Notes: generated by a model not told the origin, from the letters alone. A stretch of 64,000 bases of DNA from Escherichia coli (GCF_017348835.2 NZ_CP071375.1); one strand, 5' to 3'; shown: positions 1 through 15,676, counted from the first letter of the stretch. Program-made: numbers and translations.

Positions 1-936
<936 letters not shown>

Positions 937-981
937 TCAACAGCGGAGATCCGTTAAGGATCTCCGTGAGACTAATAGAAT

Positions 982-1010
982 GCCTGATGCGCTACGCTCA
1001 TCAGGCCTAC
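982..1010. repeat. REP-like palindromic unit, preceded by a 9-bp-stem hairpin at 944-966
   Basis: gcctgatgcgctacgctcatcaggcctac is an imperfect palindrome of the E. coli REP type; cggagatcc-gttaa-ggatctccg hairpin lies just after the srlD stop. Confidence 0.55.
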
Positions 1011-1041
1011 AGGACTTCCGCCACTACATTAAGGAAAAGTT

Positions 1042-1401
1042 ATGGTATCCGCACTCATCACTGTCGCCGTTATCGCCTGGTGTGCGCAACTGGCCTTAGG
1101 CGGCTGGCAAATTTCTCGTTTTAACCGTGCCTTCGACACACTATGCCAGCAAGGGCGGGTTGGCGTGGGCCGTTCCAGCGGGCGCTTTAAACCGCGGGTC
1201 GTGGTCGCCATCGCGCTGGACGAGCAGCAGCGCATCGTCGACACCTTGTTTATGAAAGGACTGACCGTCTTCGCACGACCGCAAAAAATTCCCGCAATTA
1301 CGGGCATGCATTCTGCTGATTTACAGCCCGATGTGATCTTTCCCCATGATCCACTATCACAGAATGCTCTATCATTGGCGCTTAAACTGAAACGTGGATA
1401 A
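1042..1401 (+). CDS. gutM: glucitol operon activator
   Basis: 119-aa ORF between srlD and srlR, matching GutM in size and position. Confidence 0.88.
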   Translation: MVSALITVAVIAWCAQLALGGWQISRFNRAFDTLCQQGRVGVGRSSGRFKPRVVVAIALDEQQRIVDTLFMKGLTVFARPQKIPAITGMHSADLQPDVIFPHDPLSQNALSLALKLKRG

Positions 1402-1467
1402 TTTCGTTGTGAATGTTACTTGCTTGCGAAGTTATCATTTTGAAACCTAAATCAGGTAATCACGCCC

Positions 1468-2241
1468 ATGAAACCTCGTCAGCGTCAGGCCGCCATTCTG
1501 GAGTATCTGCAAAAGCAGGGTAAATGCTCGGTTGAAGAATTGGCGCAATACTTTGACACCACAGGCACAACCATTCGCAAAGATCTGGTCATTCTGGAAC
1601 ATGCAGGAACCGTCATTCGTACTTATGGCGGAGTGGTGTTGAATAAAGAGGAATCCGATCCGCCTATCGATCATAAAACACTCATCAACACCCACAAGAA
1701 AGAGCTGATTGCAGAAGCTGCCGTTAGTTTTATCCATGATGGCGATTCGATCATTCTTGATGCTGGCAGTACCGTTTTGCAGATGGTCCCCCTGCTCTCG
1801 CGCTTTAATAACATCACAGTGATGACCAACAGCCTGCATATCGTCAATGCGCTATCCGAACTGGATAACGAACAAACTATCCTGATGCCAGGCGGAACAT
1901 TTCGTAAAAAATCGGCCTCATTTCACGGGCAGCTGGCAGAGAATGCCTTCGAGCATTTCACCTTCGATAAATTGTTTATGGGCACCGACGGCATCGATCT
2001 CAATGCGGGCGTAACCACCTTCAACGAGGTTTATACCGTCAGTAAGGCAATGTGCAATGCCGCGCGCGAAGTGATTTTGATGGCGGACTCATCAAAGTTT
2101 GGCCGTAAAAGCCCCAATGTAGTTTGCAGTCTTGAAAGCGTCGATAAGCTAATTACCGACGCAGGTATCGATCCGGCGTTTCGTCAGGCGCTGGAAGAGA
2201 AAGGGATCGATGTGATCATAACCGGAGAGAGCAATGAGTGA
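1468..2241 (+). CDS. srlR: DeoR-family glucitol operon repressor
   Basis: 257-aa ORF with an N-terminal DeoR-type HTH and C-terminal sugar-phosphate-binding domain; 8-nt overlap with gutQ. Confidence 0.9.
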
Positions 2242-3199
2242 AGCACTACTGAACGCGGGACGTCAGACGTTAATGCTGGAGTTGCAGGAAGCAAGCCGCT
2301 TACCGGAACGTCTGGGCGATGATTTTGTTCGCGCCGCCAATATCATCCTGCACTGCGAAGGCAAAGTGGTGGTTTCGGGAATTGGCAAATCGGGCCACAT
2401 TGGTAAGAAAATCGCCGCAACGCTTGCCAGTACTGGCACACCGGCTTTTTTTGTCCATCCGGCAGAAGCACTGCACGGCGATCTGGGGATGATCGAAAGC
2501 CGCGATGTGATGCTGTTTATCTCTTACTCCGGTGGCGCGAAGGAACTGGATCTGATTATTCCGCGTCTGGAAGACAAATCTATCGCGCTGCTGGCAATGA
2601 CAGGAAAACCGACGTCACCGCTGGGCCTGGCAGCGAAAGCGGTACTGGATATTTCGGTAGAACGCGAAGCCTGTCCGATGCATCTTGCGCCGACCTCGAG
2701 CACCGTCAATACCCTGATGATGGGCGACGCGCTGGCGATGGCAGTCATGCAGGCGCGCGGTTTTAATGAAGAAGATTTTGCCCGTTCACATCCAGCTGGG
2801 GCACTGGGCGCTCGCTTGCTGAACAAAGTGCATCATCTGATGCGCCGTGATGACGCCATCCCGCAGGTGGCGGTAAATGCCAGTGTAATGGACGCGATGC
2901 TGGAACTCAGCCGCACCGGTCTGGGGCTGGTGGCGGTATGTGACGCTCAACAACAGGTACAAGGCGTCTTTACCGACGGCGATTTACGTCGCTGGCTGGT
3001 TGGCGGCGGCGCACTCACCACGCCAGTTAATGAAGCGATGACGACAGGCGGCACCACATTACAGGCGCAAAGTCGCGCCATCGACGCCAAAGAGATCCTG
3101 ATGAAGCGCAAAATCACTGCCGCACCGGTGGTGGATGAAAACGGCAAACTCACCGGAGCAATTAACCTGCAGGATTTCTATCAGGCCGGGATTATTTAA
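2234..3199 (+). CDS. gutQ: D-arabinose-5-phosphate isomerase (SIS + tandem CBS domains)
   Basis: 321-aa ORF with a SIS domain ([11 protein letters not shown]) and C-terminal CBS pair; last gene of the srl cluster. Confidence 0.9.
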
Positions 3200-4710
3200 T
3201 CCTTCAATCCCAGACGTTTCGCCAACCGATGCAGGTTGGCGACGTCAGTTTCCAGCATTCGCGCGCAGGCAGCCCAGTTGTGATGATTTTGTGCCAGTGC
3301 CTGACGAATAGTTTCACGCTGGAACGCTTCTGTCGCTTCACGCAGGTTTTGCTTAACAACGGGCACCGCCGCCGCTTCTGGCGGCGGTAACGTCACCTCA
3401 GGAAAAGCAAAATGTTGCGCCTCAAGAATCACTTCATCGCCGTTGCGGGTGGCTCTCGCCAACACTACCGCCCGATGAATAGCATGTTCCAGTTCGCGCA
3501 CGTTCCCCGGAAAACGATAGTGTTGCAGTAAATTTCGCGCTCCGGCACTTAATACCACGCGGGAGAGCCCCAGCCGCAAACGACACTGCTCGCAGAAATA
3601 CCCCGCCAGCAGAATGACATCATCGCCCCGCTCACGCAGCGGCGGCACCGAAAGTGGAAACACGCTCAGGCGGTGGAACAAGTCAGCGCGAAATCGCCCT
3701 GCCAGCACCTCTTCGCGTAAATCGCGGTTAGTCGCCGCCAGCACGCGCACATCGACCCGCAAACTACGGTCATCGCCAACGCGCTGAATATCGCCATACT
3801 GCAACACCCTCAGCAGCTTGGCCTGCAATGCCAACGACAACTCGCCGATCTCATCGAGAAACAGCGTGCCGTTATCCGCCATTTCAAACTTCCCACTGCG
3901 GTTACTGATAGCGCCAGTAAACGCTCCTTTCACATGCCCGAACAACTCACTTTCCGCCACACTTTCCGGCAGTGCGGCACAGTTGAGATAGACCAGCGGA
4001 TTCACCGCCCTTGGCGAGGCTTCATGAATCGCTTTCGCCACCAGCTCCTTACCGGTTCCCGTCTCACCGCTGATTAAGACGTTGAGATCGGACGCCGCCA
4101 CAATCTCAATCTCTTTTTTCAATTGCGTCATGCCTGGCGATAAGCCAATCATCTGCGTCTGTTTCACCGCTTCAAATGGAGCGGCATCGCCCGGCAGCAT
4201 ATTCTGGCTTTCCAGTTGCTCAATCAGCAACGCATTGCTTAACGCTCCCGCCGCCAGCGCAGCAATCAGCCGTAACTCTTCATCGCTGAAAACATCGAAC
4301 TGATCGGGCTGCATCCCGTCGAGCGTCAATGCGCCAATCAGGTTTTGCCCGGCAAACAACGGCAGACCAACGCAGGCGTGAACCTTCAGACTCTCCTGCC
4401 CTGGAATCAAACCGTCATAGGGATCGGGCAATTCGCTGTCTGCGGGAAAGCGCACCACGTCCCCGGCGCGGGCAATCGCTTCCAGCCGTGGATGACCTTC
4501 CAGCGCAAAGCGTCTACCGAGTACATCCTTCGCCAGCCCGTCGATGGCAAGCGGAATAAACTGCCGCGAGTCGTAACGTAGCAACGCAGACGCATCGCAC
4601 TCCAGCACCTGACGCAGCGTGGTGATCAGGCGCTGAAAACGATCCTGATGACCAATCCCACGCTGCAATTCGATGGCGATATTCGCCAGCACATCAACGG
4701 AAAAACTCAT
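3196..4710 (-). CDS. norR: sigma54-dependent nitric-oxide-responsive transcriptional activator
   Basis: 504 aa from MSFSVDV...; GAF domain, AAA+ sigma54-interaction domain ([14 protein letters not shown]) and C-terminal HTH; divergent from norV. The listed ORF starts 25 codons upstream at an earlier Met. Confidence 0.9.
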   Translation of the reverse strand: MSFSVDVLANIAIELQRGIGHQDRFQRLITTLRQVLECDASALLRYDSRQFIPLAIDGLAKDVLGRRFALEGHPRLEAIARAGDVVRFPADSELPDPYDGLIPGQESLKVHACVGLPLFAGQNLIGALTLDGMQPDQFDVFSDEELRLIAALAAGALSNALLIEQLESQNMLPGDAAPFEAVKQTQMIGLSPGMTQLKKEIEIVAASDLNVLISGETGTGKELVAKAIHEASPRAVNPLVYLNCAALPESVAESELFGHVKGAFTGAISNRSGKFEMADNGTLFLDEIGELSLALQAKLLRVLQYGDIQRVGDDRSLRVDVRVLAATNRDLREEVLAGRFRADLFHRLSVFPLSVPPLRERGDDVILLAGYFCEQCRLRLGLSRVVLSAGARNLLQHYRFPGNVRELEHAIHRAVVLARATRNGDEVILEAQHFAFPEVTLPPPEAAAVPVVKQNLREATEAFQRETIRQALAQNHHNWAACARMLETDVANLHRLAKRLGLKD

Positions 4711-4722
4711 CTTTGCCTCACT

Positions 4723-4778
4723 GTCAATTTGACTATAGATATTGTCATATCGACCATTTGATTGATAGTCATTTTGAC
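4723..4778. promoter_or_regulatory. three NorR-type operator sites (GT-N7-AC) in the norR-norV intergenic region
   Basis: gtcaatttgac (4723-4733), gtcatatcgac (4744-4754) and gtcattttgac (4768-4778) are read directly; the GT-N7-AC pattern is the established NorR enhancer motif. Confidence 0.6.
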
Positions 4779-4833
4779 TACTCATTAATGAGCATAATTT
4801 TATTTATAGAGTAAAAACAATCAGATAAAAAAC

Positions 4834-4849
4834 TGGCACGCAATCTGCA
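4834..4849 (+). promoter_or_regulatory. sigma54 (-24/-12) promoter of norVW
   Basis: TGGCAC-gcaat-CTGCA fits TGGCAC-N5-TTGCW, about 50 bp upstream of the norV ATG and downstream of the NorR sites. Confidence 0.6.
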
Positions 4850-4896
4850 ATTAACAAGACATCTTTTTAGAACACGCTGAATAAATTGAGGTTGCT

Positions 4897-6336
4897 ATGT
4901 CTATTGTGGTGAAAAATAACATTCATTGGGTTGGTCAACGTGACTGGGAAGTGCGTGATTTTCACGGTACAGAATATAAAACGCTGCGCGGCAGCAGCTA
5001 CAACAGCTACCTCATCCGCGAAGAAAAAAACGCGCTGATCGACACCGTCGACCATAAATTCAGCCGCGAATTTGTGCAGAACCTGCGTAATGAAATCGAT
5101 CTGGCGGATATCGATTACATCGTGATTAACCATGCAGAAGAGGACCACGCCGGGGCGCTGACCGAACTGATGGCACAAATTCCCGATACGCCGATCTACT
5201 GTACAGCCAACGCTATCGACTCGATAAATGGTCATCACCATCATCCGGAGTGGAATTTTAATGTGGTGAAAACTGGCGACACGCTGGATATCGGCAACGG
5301 CAAACAGCTCATTTTTGTCGAAACACCAATGCTGCACTGGCCGGACAGCATGATGACTTACCTGACAGGCGACGCGGTGCTGTTCAGTAACGATGCTTTC
5401 GGTCAGCACTACTGCGACGAGCATCTGTTCAACGATGAAGTGGATCAGACGGAGCTTTTCGAGCAGTGCCAGCGTTACTACGCCAATATCCTGACGCCGT
5501 TCAGCCGCCTGGTAACGCCGAAAATTACCGAGATCCTGGGCTTTAACTTACCAGTCGATATGATAGCGACCTCCCACGGCGTGGTCTGGCGCGATAACCC
5601 GACGCAAATTGTCGAGCTGTACCTGAAGTGGGCCGCTGATTATCAGGAAGACAGAATCACCATTTTCTACGACACCATGTCGAATAACACCCGCATGATG
5701 GCTGACGCTATCGCCCAGGGGATTGCGGAAACCGACCCACGCGTGGCGGTGAAAATTTTCAACGTCGCCCGAAGCGATAAAAACGAAATCCTGACCAATG
5801 TCTTCCGCTCAAAAGGCGTGCTGGTCGGCACTTCGACGATGAATAACGTGATGATGCCGAAAATCGCCGGGCTGGTGGAGGAGATGACCGGATTACGCTT
5901 CCGTAACAAACGCGCCAGTGCTTTCGGCTCTCACGGCTGGAGCGGCGGTGCGGTGGATCGTCTTTCCACGCGCCTGCAGGATGCGGGTTTCGAAATGTCG
6001 CTTAGCCTGAAAGCGAAATGGCGACCAGACCAGGACGCTCTGGAGTTATGCCGTGAACACGGTCGCGAAATCGCCCGTCAGTGGGCGCTCGCGCCGCTGC
6101 CGCAGAGCACGGTGAATACGGTAGTTAAAGAAGAAACCTCTGCCACCACGACGGCTGACCTCGGCCCACGGATGCAGTGCAGCGTCTGCCAGTGGATTTA
6201 CGATCCGGCAAAAGGCGAGCCAATGCAGGACGTTGCGCCAGGAACGCCGTGGAGTGAAGTCCCGGATAACTTCCTGTGCCCGGAATGCTCCCTCGGCAAA
6301 GACGTCTTTGACGAACTGGCATCGGAGGCAAAATGA
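4897..6336 (+). CDS. norV: anaerobic nitric oxide reductase flavorubredoxin
   Basis: 479-aa ORF with a metallo-beta-lactamase-like di-iron domain, a flavodoxin domain and a C-terminal rubredoxin CxxC...CxxC; appears full-length. Confidence 0.93.
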   Translation: MSIVVKNNIHWVGQRDWEVRDFHGTEYKTLRGSSYNSYLIREEKNALIDTVDHKFSREFVQNLRNEIDLADIDYIVINHAEEDHAGALTELMAQIPDTPIYCTANAIDSINGHHHHPEWNFNVVKTGDTLDIGNGKQLIFVETPMLHWPDSMMTYLTGDAVLFSNDAFGQHYCDEHLFNDEVDQTELFEQCQRYYANILTPFSRLVTPKITEILGFNLPVDMIATSHGVVWRDNPTQIVELYLKWAADYQEDRITIFYDTMSNNTRMMADAIAQGIAETDPRVAVKIFNVARSDKNEILTNVFRSKGVLVGTSTMNNVMMPKIAGLVEEMTGLRFRNKRASAFGSHGWSGGAVDRLSTRLQDAGFEMSLSLKAKWRPDQDALELCREHGREIARQWALAPLPQSTVNTVVKEETSATTTADLGPRMQCSVCQWIYDPAKGEPMQDVAPGTPWSEVPDNFLCPECSLGKDVFDELASEAK

Positions 6337-7466
6337 GCAACGGCATTGTGATCATTGGTTCGGGCTTCGCCGCCCGCCAACTGGTGAAAAATATTCGCAA
6401 ACAGGACGCCAGTATTCCATTAACCCTGATTGCCGCCGACAGCATGGATGAGTACAACAAACCTGACCTCAGCCATGTTATCAGTCAGGGGCAACGTGCC
6501 GACGACCTTACCCGCCAGACGGCGGGTGAATTTGCCGAGCAGTTTAATCTGCTCCTGTTTCCGCAAACCTGGGTGACGGATATCGATGCCGAAGCCCGTG
6601 TGGTGAAAAGCCAGAATAATCAGTGGCGATACGACAAGCTAGTGCTGGCAACCGGTGCCAGCGCCTTTGTCCCGCCAGTGCCTGGGCGTGAGTTAATGCT
6701 GACGTTAAATAGTCAGCAAGAGTATCGCGCCTGTGAAACGCAACTGCGGGATGCCCGACGCGTGTTGATTGTTGGCGGTGGCTTGATTGGTAGCGAACTG
6801 GCGATGGATTTTTGTCATGCAGGCAAAGCGGTCACGCTAATCGACAACGCTGCCAGTATTCTGGCGTCGTTAATGCCACCAGAAGTAAGCAGCCGCTTGC
6901 AGCATCGGTTGACGGAGATGGGCGTTCATCTGCTGTTGAAATCTCAGTTGCAGGGGCTGGAAAAAACGGATTCTGGCATTCTGGCAACGCTGGACCGCCA
7001 GCGTAGCATCGAAGTGGATGCGGTAATTGCCGCCACCGGACTGCGCCCGGAAACCGCCCTGGCACGACGCGCCGGGCTGACGATTAATCGCGGCGTTTGC
7101 GTCGATAGTTATCTGCAAACCAGTAATGCCGATATTTACGCGCTGGGCGATTGCGCGGAAATTAACGGTCAGGTACTGCCGTTCCTGCAGCCGATTCAAC
7201 TTAGCGCGATGGTGCTGGCAAAAAATCTTCTCGGCAATAACACGCCGCTAAAACTACCGGCGATGCTGGTGAAAATCAAAACGCCGGAATTACCGCTGCA
7301 TCTGGCAGGCGAAACCCAGCGTCAGGATTTACGCTGGCAGATTAATACCGAAAGCCAGGGAATGGTGGCGCGCGGTGTTGACGATGCAGACCAGCTTCGC
7401 GCCTTTGTGGTCAGTGAGGATCGGATGAAAGAGGCATTTGGATTGTTGAAAACATTGCCGATGTAG
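6333..7466 (+). CDS. norW: NADH:flavorubredoxin oxidoreductase
   Basis: 377-aa ORF with two GxGxxG/A dinucleotide-binding motifs; 4-nt overlap with norV. Confidence 0.93.
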   Translation: MSNGIVIIGSGFAARQLVKNIRKQDASIPLTLIAADSMDEYNKPDLSHVISQGQRADDLTRQTAGEFAEQFNLLLFPQTWVTDIDAEARVVKSQNNQWRYDKLVLATGASAFVPPVPGRELMLTLNSQQEYRACETQLRDARRVLIVGGGLIGSELAMDFCHAGKAVTLIDNAASILASLMPPEVSSRLQHRLTEMGVHLLLKSQLQGLEKTDSGILATLDRQRSIEVDAVIAATGLRPETALARRAGLTINRGVCVDSYLQTSNADIYALGDCAEINGQVLPFLQPIQLSAMVLAKNLLGNNTPLKLPAMLVKIKTPELPLHLAGETQRQDLRWQINTESQGMVARGVDDADQLRAFVVSEDRMKEAFGLLKTLPM

Positions 7467-7484
7467 GTGGGCTACTGTGCCTAA

Positions 7485-7572
7485 AATGTCGGATGCGACG
7501 CTGGCGCGTCTTATCCGACCTACGGGGACGCATGTGTAGGCCGGATAAGGCATTTACGCCGCATCCGGCAAG
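7485..7572. repeat. REP element cluster
   Basis: Oppositely oriented REP-like palindromes (tcggatgcgacgctggcgcgtcttatccgacctac ... gtaggccggataaggcatttacgccgcatccggca) between convergent norW and hypF. Confidence 0.6.
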
Positions 7573-7593
7573 GGTGTCCAAATGCAACACGCT

Positions 7594-9846
7594 TTATCCG
7601 TTCTGGACTTCACCCGCTAACCAACGCGCCGCAGCAATAACCCCCTGCCCCAGAGACAAACCGCCATCACCCGCCGGTAAACTCTGTGGAAAGAGCAATG
7701 TGAAATCAGCGAGATAATGCGCCAGACGTGCACGCAGCAAACGGTTATGAATAACCCCGCCGCTAAATACCAGCGTAGTGATACCACGCATCGTGGCCTG
7801 CTCACGCATCAACGCGGCAAAACCCTGCGCCAGCGCATCATGAAACGCCCACGCGCGTTGATTAACCGGAGCCTGCCAGTTCAGCCACTGCTGCCAGAAA
7901 GTGGCGAGATCCAGTTGATTGTCCACCCGCGGCATCGTCACCGGATGCGTCACTCCGTCGCACGAATCTGCGAGCGCCTCCAGAGCACAAGCTGCTTCAC
8001 CTTCATAACTTAACGTGGCTGGCGCACAGCCCAGTGCCGCCGCCACAGCATCGAACAAACGCCCACACGATGACGCCAGCGGCGCGTTAATTCCACGCTC
8101 AATGGCCCGCGCCAGCACGCTCCAGTTTTGCTGTTGCACACTTGCCGTTTCAGGGTAATTCTGCCACTCCGGCACAAAGCGCAGGCACTGCGCCAGCAGG
8201 TTACGCCACGGCTGCTTCGCCGCCAAATCGCCACCCGGAAGCGCCACTGCAGGCAAGCCGCCCAGGTGCTCACATTCGCGATAGTTCACCCGCAGGCACT
8301 CGCCGCCCCACAAAGCGCCGTTCTCCCCCATACCGATACCGTCGAGCGTCAAAGCAATGACATCACCGCCATCCAGCGGCCACTGATGCTCTGCCAGACA
8401 CGCCGCTGCATGGGCATGATGATGCAGCACCGTTTGCGTCGGCAGATTCATTTCGCGCGCCCACTGGCTGGAGACATAGCCCGGATGCGCGTCATGCACA
8501 ACGTATTGCGGGGTAAAATCGTAGATGTTTTGCATCAGGCGTAACGCTTCGCGCCACTGCATCTGGATGCCATCGTCACTTAAATCGCCCAGATGCTGGC
8601 TCAACACCGCTTGTTCACCGCGCACCAGGCAGAAGGTATTTTTCAGATCCGCGCCGAGACACAGCACAGGCGGAACATTTTTAAAGCCCGGAGGCAAAGC
8701 CAGCGCATCCGGCACATACCCCCGCGAACGGCGCAGCATTTCGCCGCTTTCGCGCACCACCGAATCATCCATCCGCTGCACGATGTCGCGGTTATGTATC
8801 AAGAATCCGTCGGCAATGCCCTGCAAATCCGCCAGCGCCTGTTCGTTGCTGATAGCCGGTGGTTTACCGCTCAGGTTGCCAGAGGTCATCACCAGCGGGC
8901 ATTGCAGTTCCTGTAACAGCAAATGCTGGAGCGGGTTCGCAGGCAACATTACCCCGACTTCGTTAAGGTCAGGGGCGATATCATCACAAAGCTCAGGTAC
9001 GTATTTTTTATCCACCAGCACAATCGGCGCGGCGAGCGTGGTAAGCAACTGGCGCGCAGCGTCTGGTAAACCGTCAGCCACTGGCAACATGACCGCCAGC
9101 GGTTTCGCCGGGCGATGTTTGCGCGCCCGCAGTGTCGCCACCGCGTTACTGTTACGTGCATCGCAGGCAAGATGAAATCCGCCAATCCCTTTGATGGCGA
9201 CAATGTTGCCCATTTTTAACTGTGCGATAGCTGCCTGTAATGCCGCCTCTTGTTCCGCATGTTCACCATGACTTACCCATTCAAGATGCGGGCCACACTC
9301 CGGGCAGGCCACCGGCTGGGCGTGGAAGCGACGATCGAGCGGGTCGCGGTACTCTTTATCACAGGCTGGACACAGCGGAAACGCCGCCATCACGGTAAAC
9401 GGGCGATCGTAAGGCATGGCGCGAATAATGGTGAAGCGCGGGCCGCAGTGGGTACAGTTGATAAATGGATAACGATAACGCCGTTCGCCTGGGGTATTCA
9501 TTTCGGCAAGGCAAGCAGGGCAAGTGGCAGCATCGGGAACAATTTGCGTATTCATGGTGCCGCCTGTGCTCTGGCGGATGGTGAACTCGGTGGGCGGCTG
9601 TGACCAGATAAACGGCTTACGCTCGACGCTATCAATACGCGCCAGCGGCGGGCAGTGCTGATGCAATTGAACAAGAAACGTTTCCGGGTCTTCCAGCAGC
9701 CGGACTTCTACGCCATCGCCGTCATTACAGACATCGCCGTGAAGATTTAATTGCTGTGCCAGCTGCCAGACAAACGGACGAAAACCGACGCCCTGCACTT
9801 TGCCACGAATACGCAGTTGAACACCGCAAGATGTGTTTTTTGCCAT
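7594..9846 (-). CDS. hypF: [NiFe]-hydrogenase maturation carbamoyltransferase
   Basis: 750 aa from [25 protein letters not shown] (acylphosphatase domain), then two Zn-finger CxxC pairs, YrdC and Kae1-like domains. The listed ORF starts 24 codons upstream. Confidence 0.9.
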   Translation of the reverse strand: MAKNTSCGVQLRIRGKVQGVGFRPFVWQLAQQLNLHGDVCNDGDGVEVRLLEDPETFLVQLHQHCPPLARIDSVERKPFIWSQPPTEFTIRQSTGGTMNTQIVPDAATCPACLAEMNTPGERRYRYPFINCTHCGPRFTIIRAMPYDRPFTVMAAFPLCPACDKEYRDPLDRRFHAQPVACPECGPHLEWVSHGEHAEQEAALQAAIAQLKMGNIVAIKGIGGFHLACDARNSNAVATLRARKHRPAKPLAVMLPVADGLPDAARQLLTTLAAPIVLVDKKYVPELCDDIAPDLNEVGVMLPANPLQHLLLQELQCPLVMTSGNLSGKPPAISNEQALADLQGIADGFLIHNRDIVQRMDDSVVRESGEMLRRSRGYVPDALALPPGFKNVPPVLCLGADLKNTFCLVRGEQAVLSQHLGDLSDDGIQMQWREALRLMQNIYDFTPQYVVHDAHPGYVSSQWAREMNLPTQTVLHHHAHAAACLAEHQWPLDGGDVIALTLDGIGMGENGALWGGECLRVNYRECEHLGGLPAVALPGGDLAAKQPWRNLLAQCLRFVPEWQNYPETASVQQQNWSVLARAIERGINAPLASSCGRLFDAVAAALGCAPATLSYEGEAACALEALADSCDGVTHPVTMPRVDNQLDLATFWQQWLNWQAPVNQRAWAFHDALAQGFAALMREQATMRGITTLVFSGGVIHNRLLRARLAHYLADFTLLFPQSLPAGDGGLSLGQGVIAAARWLAGEVQNG

Positions 9847-9998
9847 TGAGTTATTCCCGCCATCATGAATTGCGTAACCCGCCCTGCCGGACACGACAGC
9901 GTCGCATCCGGCAGTCACAGGTCGGCGATACCGCCCGCTCCGTATTCTACGAATATTTCCGGGAATTCCTTTGATGCCAGAACAGTTCTGTAAGATTT

Positions 9999-10526
9999 TT
10001 AGAACATCAGCGCCGTACGGCGGCGTTTTTCTGCGCTCAGTTGTTCAAGTTTATTACGATCGACACAAATCAGCGCATGAGTCGGGCAAGCCGCCATACA
10101 CGCCGGGCCGTCTTCACGATGGTTGCACAGGTCGCATTTATTGGCTTCGGCTTTGTCAGCCCGTACATTCAGACCCGCGCCGCTGTTGCGGATCACCGGA
10201 CGTACCACCACTTCCATCGCGCCATACGGGCAAGCCACAACGCAGGTTTTACAACCAATGCAACGTTCCTGCATCACATGAACAAACCCTTTATCACGGC
10301 TGATAGCACCATTCGGGTAGACGTTAGCGCACGGTGCATCTTCACACTGACGGCAAACTGTCGCCGTGGAAATGTTCACACCTTTAATGACATGGATACG
10401 CGGTAAAAATGTTTCCGGGGTCAGCGATGCACAGTCCTGATTTTCCTGATGAGAAACCACGCACGCCACTTCACAGGTACGGCAACCAATACATTTACTC
10501 GCGTCAGCAATGATGAAACGGTTCAT
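9999..10526 (-). CDS. hydN: 4Fe-4S ferredoxin-type electron transfer protein
   Basis: 175 aa from [22 protein letters not shown], with multiple CxxCxxCxxxCP clusters; immediately upstream of hypF on the same strand. Confidence 0.88.
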   Translation of the reverse strand: MNRFIIADASKCIGCRTCEVACVVSHQENQDCASLTPETFLPRIHVIKGVNISTATVCRQCEDAPCANVYPNGAISRDKGFVHVMQERCIGCKTCVVACPYGAMEVVVRPVIRNSGAGLNVRADKAEANKCDLCNHREDGPACMAACPTHALICVDRNKLEQLSAEKRRRTALMF

Positions 10527-10674
10527 CAAATTCTCCAGCAATGACAGTTAATGCGCCGATACATTCACAAATCATGCCAGTTTTTAATTCACTGTTATTT
10601 AAGGAAATTAATTTCTATAATGCAGGAAAAAAGATGTCATCGACACTAGTGACGATGACATGTGATGACAATGT

Positions 10675-11688
10675 TTATCGCGAAAGAGCAATGAGTGAGT
10701 CGCGGCAGATCAGTTTTCCGCTGAAGGTTTTCGGCGGTGAGAAATCCCCGCCATCGAGCATAAAAATCAGCCGTCCAATAATTTCCTGAATCATCTCAGT
10801 CACCGGAATTTTTACGCTGGAGAGCGCCGGAACGATATAGGGGGCAATTGCGATATCATCGAATCCGATAACTGACACCTGCTCTGGCACCGCTACGCCG
10901 CGCTCGTGTAACGCTTTCATCGCACCTATCGCCATATCGTCGTTACTGGCAACTAACGCGCTAAATTTAGCCCCACGTTCGAGCAACGTTTCTACCCCTT
11001 CGGCCCCGCTGGCGGGCGTCCATTTACCGTTAGCGATAAGTTTTTCATTGAGCGCAATACCATGCTGCGCCAGCGCGTCTTTATATCCGGCAAGACGTTC
11101 AACGCTGGTGGGGGAATCCATCGAGCCGGTAAGAAAAGCAATCTCCTGATGCCCGGCGTTTATCAACTCTGCCACAGCGTTAAAGCTGGTCTGTTTATGA
11201 TCGCACCAGACGCTATGGCTGCTATTTTTGCGCAGGCGGCGATTAAGCACCATTATCGGCTGACTGTGCGCGTCAATGATGTCATCGATTTCATCCACAC
11301 TTAAAAAACGCGGGTAAATCATAATGGCGTCGCAGCGCAAATCCAGCAGATACTGAATCGCCTGGCGCTCTTCTTCGGCGCTGTGTTTACCATCTGCCAA
11401 TAGCAACTGCCGCCCTTTCTCTTCCGCCATTCGCGCGGCATGAAACAGTAATTCACTAAAATAAATGCCGTGGTAAAGCGTGTTAGTCACTACCAGCCCC
11501 AGCGTCTGGGTACTTTTCGCCGACAGATTGCGCGCCAGCAAGTTTGGACGGTAACCGCTCTCTTCTACCGCCTGAAACACGCGATCTTTAGTCTCCTGGC
11601 TGACGTAGCCATTACCTGAAAGCACGCGGGAAACGGTCGCTTTTGAAACCCCGGCGCGCTTCGCCACTTCCAGCATCGTCGTCATCAT
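10675..11688 (-). CDS. ascG: LacI-family repressor of the asc operon
   Basis: N-terminal LacI-type HTH (MTTMLEVAKRAGVSKATVSRVL) and periplasmic-binding-protein-like domain; divergent from ascF. Start is chosen among adjacent Met codons at 11694-11674 and is uncertain by a few codons. Confidence 0.85.
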   Translation of the reverse strand: MMTTMLEVAKRAGVSKATVSRVLSGNGYVSQETKDRVFQAVEESGYRPNLLARNLSAKSTQTLGLVVTNTLYHGIYFSELLFHAARMAEEKGRQLLLADGKHSAEEERQAIQYLLDLRCDAIMIYPRFLSVDEIDDIIDAHSQPIMVLNRRLRKNSSHSVWCDHKQTSFNAVAELINAGHQEIAFLTGSMDSPTSVERLAGYKDALAQHGIALNEKLIANGKWTPASGAEGVETLLERGAKFSALVASNDDMAIGAMKALHERGVAVPEQVSVIGFDDIAIAPYIVPALSSVKIPVTEMIQEIIGRLIFMLDGGDFSPPKTFSGKLICRDSLIALSR

Positions 11689-11944
11689 TTTCATCCCTTT
11701 ACACGCAATCAACGCAGTGTACTGCACCGTTTACCGATTGTCCTTGCGCAATCGGCGGGAAAAATATTCAGGTGACCGGTTTCACAAATATAAAAAATGA
11801 ACAACTAACTCTCTTGCTTATTTGGTTACAACTATTCATGATTTTGTGAAACCGGTTTCTTAATTCCGTTTCAGCATCGGCATTTTTCCGTCACGTCGAC
11901 TGATAACAACTACATCTTCCCTACTGATAACAGGATAAAATCCG

Positions 11945-14835
<2,891 letters not shown>

Positions 14836-14841
14836 GCAACC

Positions 14842-14923
14842 GTGCCGGATGCGGCGTGAACGCCTTATCCGGCCTACATGTCGCACGAACTATGCAGGCC
14901 CGATAAGCACTGCGCATCGGGCA
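14842..14923. repeat. REP element pair
   Basis: gtgccggatgcggcgtgaacgccttatccggcctac and gcaggcccgataagcactgcgcatcgggc palindromic units between ascB and the inserted genes. Confidence 0.55.
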
Positions 14924-14948
14924 ATCTGGAGTTTGGCATCAGTCAAAA

Positions 14949-15368
14949 TCAAAGAAACCATTCCGGCTTAACGCCAAATCGGGCTGAAAGTGCCTTAATG
15001 TGGGATATTGTCAGGGATCGTTGTCCAGACAAAATCTGACTAACCAGGGATTTAGAGCCGATTTCGTTCTTCAAATCCGCATAGGTCAGATTATGTTGAT
15101 CAATCAACGTGCGAAGTAACGCCACGCCAACCGGCATTGCCGCAACGGCTTTGTCGAACTCTGCAAACTTTTCGTTGTTGTTTTCATACTCTGCAATGCG
15201 GCTCGCCAGAAAGTCGATAAGTGGATTGGTGTCATCTTCTTCAATCAAATATTCGACCAGTTCCAGTGCTTCACGATAATCATCTTCTGAGTCACTGCCT
15301 CCCAGAAAGGGGACTGCATTGACCAGTTCTCTTGTTGCTTTAACAGCGCGTGCAGCATTAGCAGTCAT
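14949..15368 (-). CDS. HigA-like antitoxin (XRE-family HTH)
   Basis: 139-aa ORF with a C-terminal XRE-type HTH (LTYADLKNEIGSKSLVSQILSGQRSLTISHIKALSARFGV); 4-nt overlap with the upstream toxin-like ORF; resembles chromosomal HigA but sits at a different locus. Confidence 0.75.
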   Translation of the reverse strand: MTANAARAVKATRELVNAVPFLGGSDSEDDYREALELVEYLIEEDDTNPLIDFLASRIAEYENNNEKFAEFDKAVAAMPVGVALLRTLIDQHNLTYADLKNEIGSKSLVSQILSGQRSLTISHIKALSARFGVKPEWFL

Positions 15369-15676
15369 TCTTTGTTCTCTCTGTAGTAACGTGTCAGTTT
15401 GTCATACTCTGCGTGATTCGTTATGTGCTTCACAAAGAACCGCTTATTAACAAAGTTTATGTAGGCAATAACCCTAAGATTGTTCCCGCCGACATCCAGA
15501 ACGTACCATTTGTTGCGATATTTAAAATTGTCGAGGTTGGGAAACGCCGTTCGCATTTCTTCTGGCGTAGAAAAATCCGTTTCCTTAATAACCCGATACA
15601 ATGCCTGAAGAGCCAGAGCGTCGTTAGGATATTTACGCGCAGACTCTTCAAATGGCACTTTAGAAATGATGTGCAT
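15365..15676 (-). CDS. HigB-like (RelE/ParE superfamily) toxin
   Basis: 103-aa basic ORF upstream of, and translationally coupled to, the HTH antitoxin; contains a FPxLDNFKY...VGGN.LRV motif as in HigB-type toxins; toxin-first order typical of HigBA. Confidence 0.7.
   Translation of the reverse strand: MHIISKVPFEESARKYPNDALALQALYRVIKETDFSTPEEMRTAFPNLDNFKYRNKWYVLDVGGNNLRVIAYINFVNKRFFVKHITNHAEYDKLTRYYRENKE

Noticed and set aside
8525-9175. 216-aa and other long ORFs antisense to hypF; similar antisense ORFs in hycC (22639-23217), cysD (46530-47150), cysI (57970-58632) and mutS (31587-32159)
   Set aside because: All overlap confidently assigned genes on the other strand, lack recognisable domains and have biased composition; treated as spurious.
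10527-10674. Candidate sigma54 promoter and FhlA site upstream of hydN
   Set aside because: A TGGCA element is present on the minus strand but the -12 element is poor (no GC); evidence is too weak to call.
14949-15676. Possibility that this pair is the canonical chromosomal higBA locus
   Set aside because: The canonical higBA is not located in the ascB-hycI interval; the pair here is at a different locus and the sequences differ, so it is called a HigBA-like paralog.
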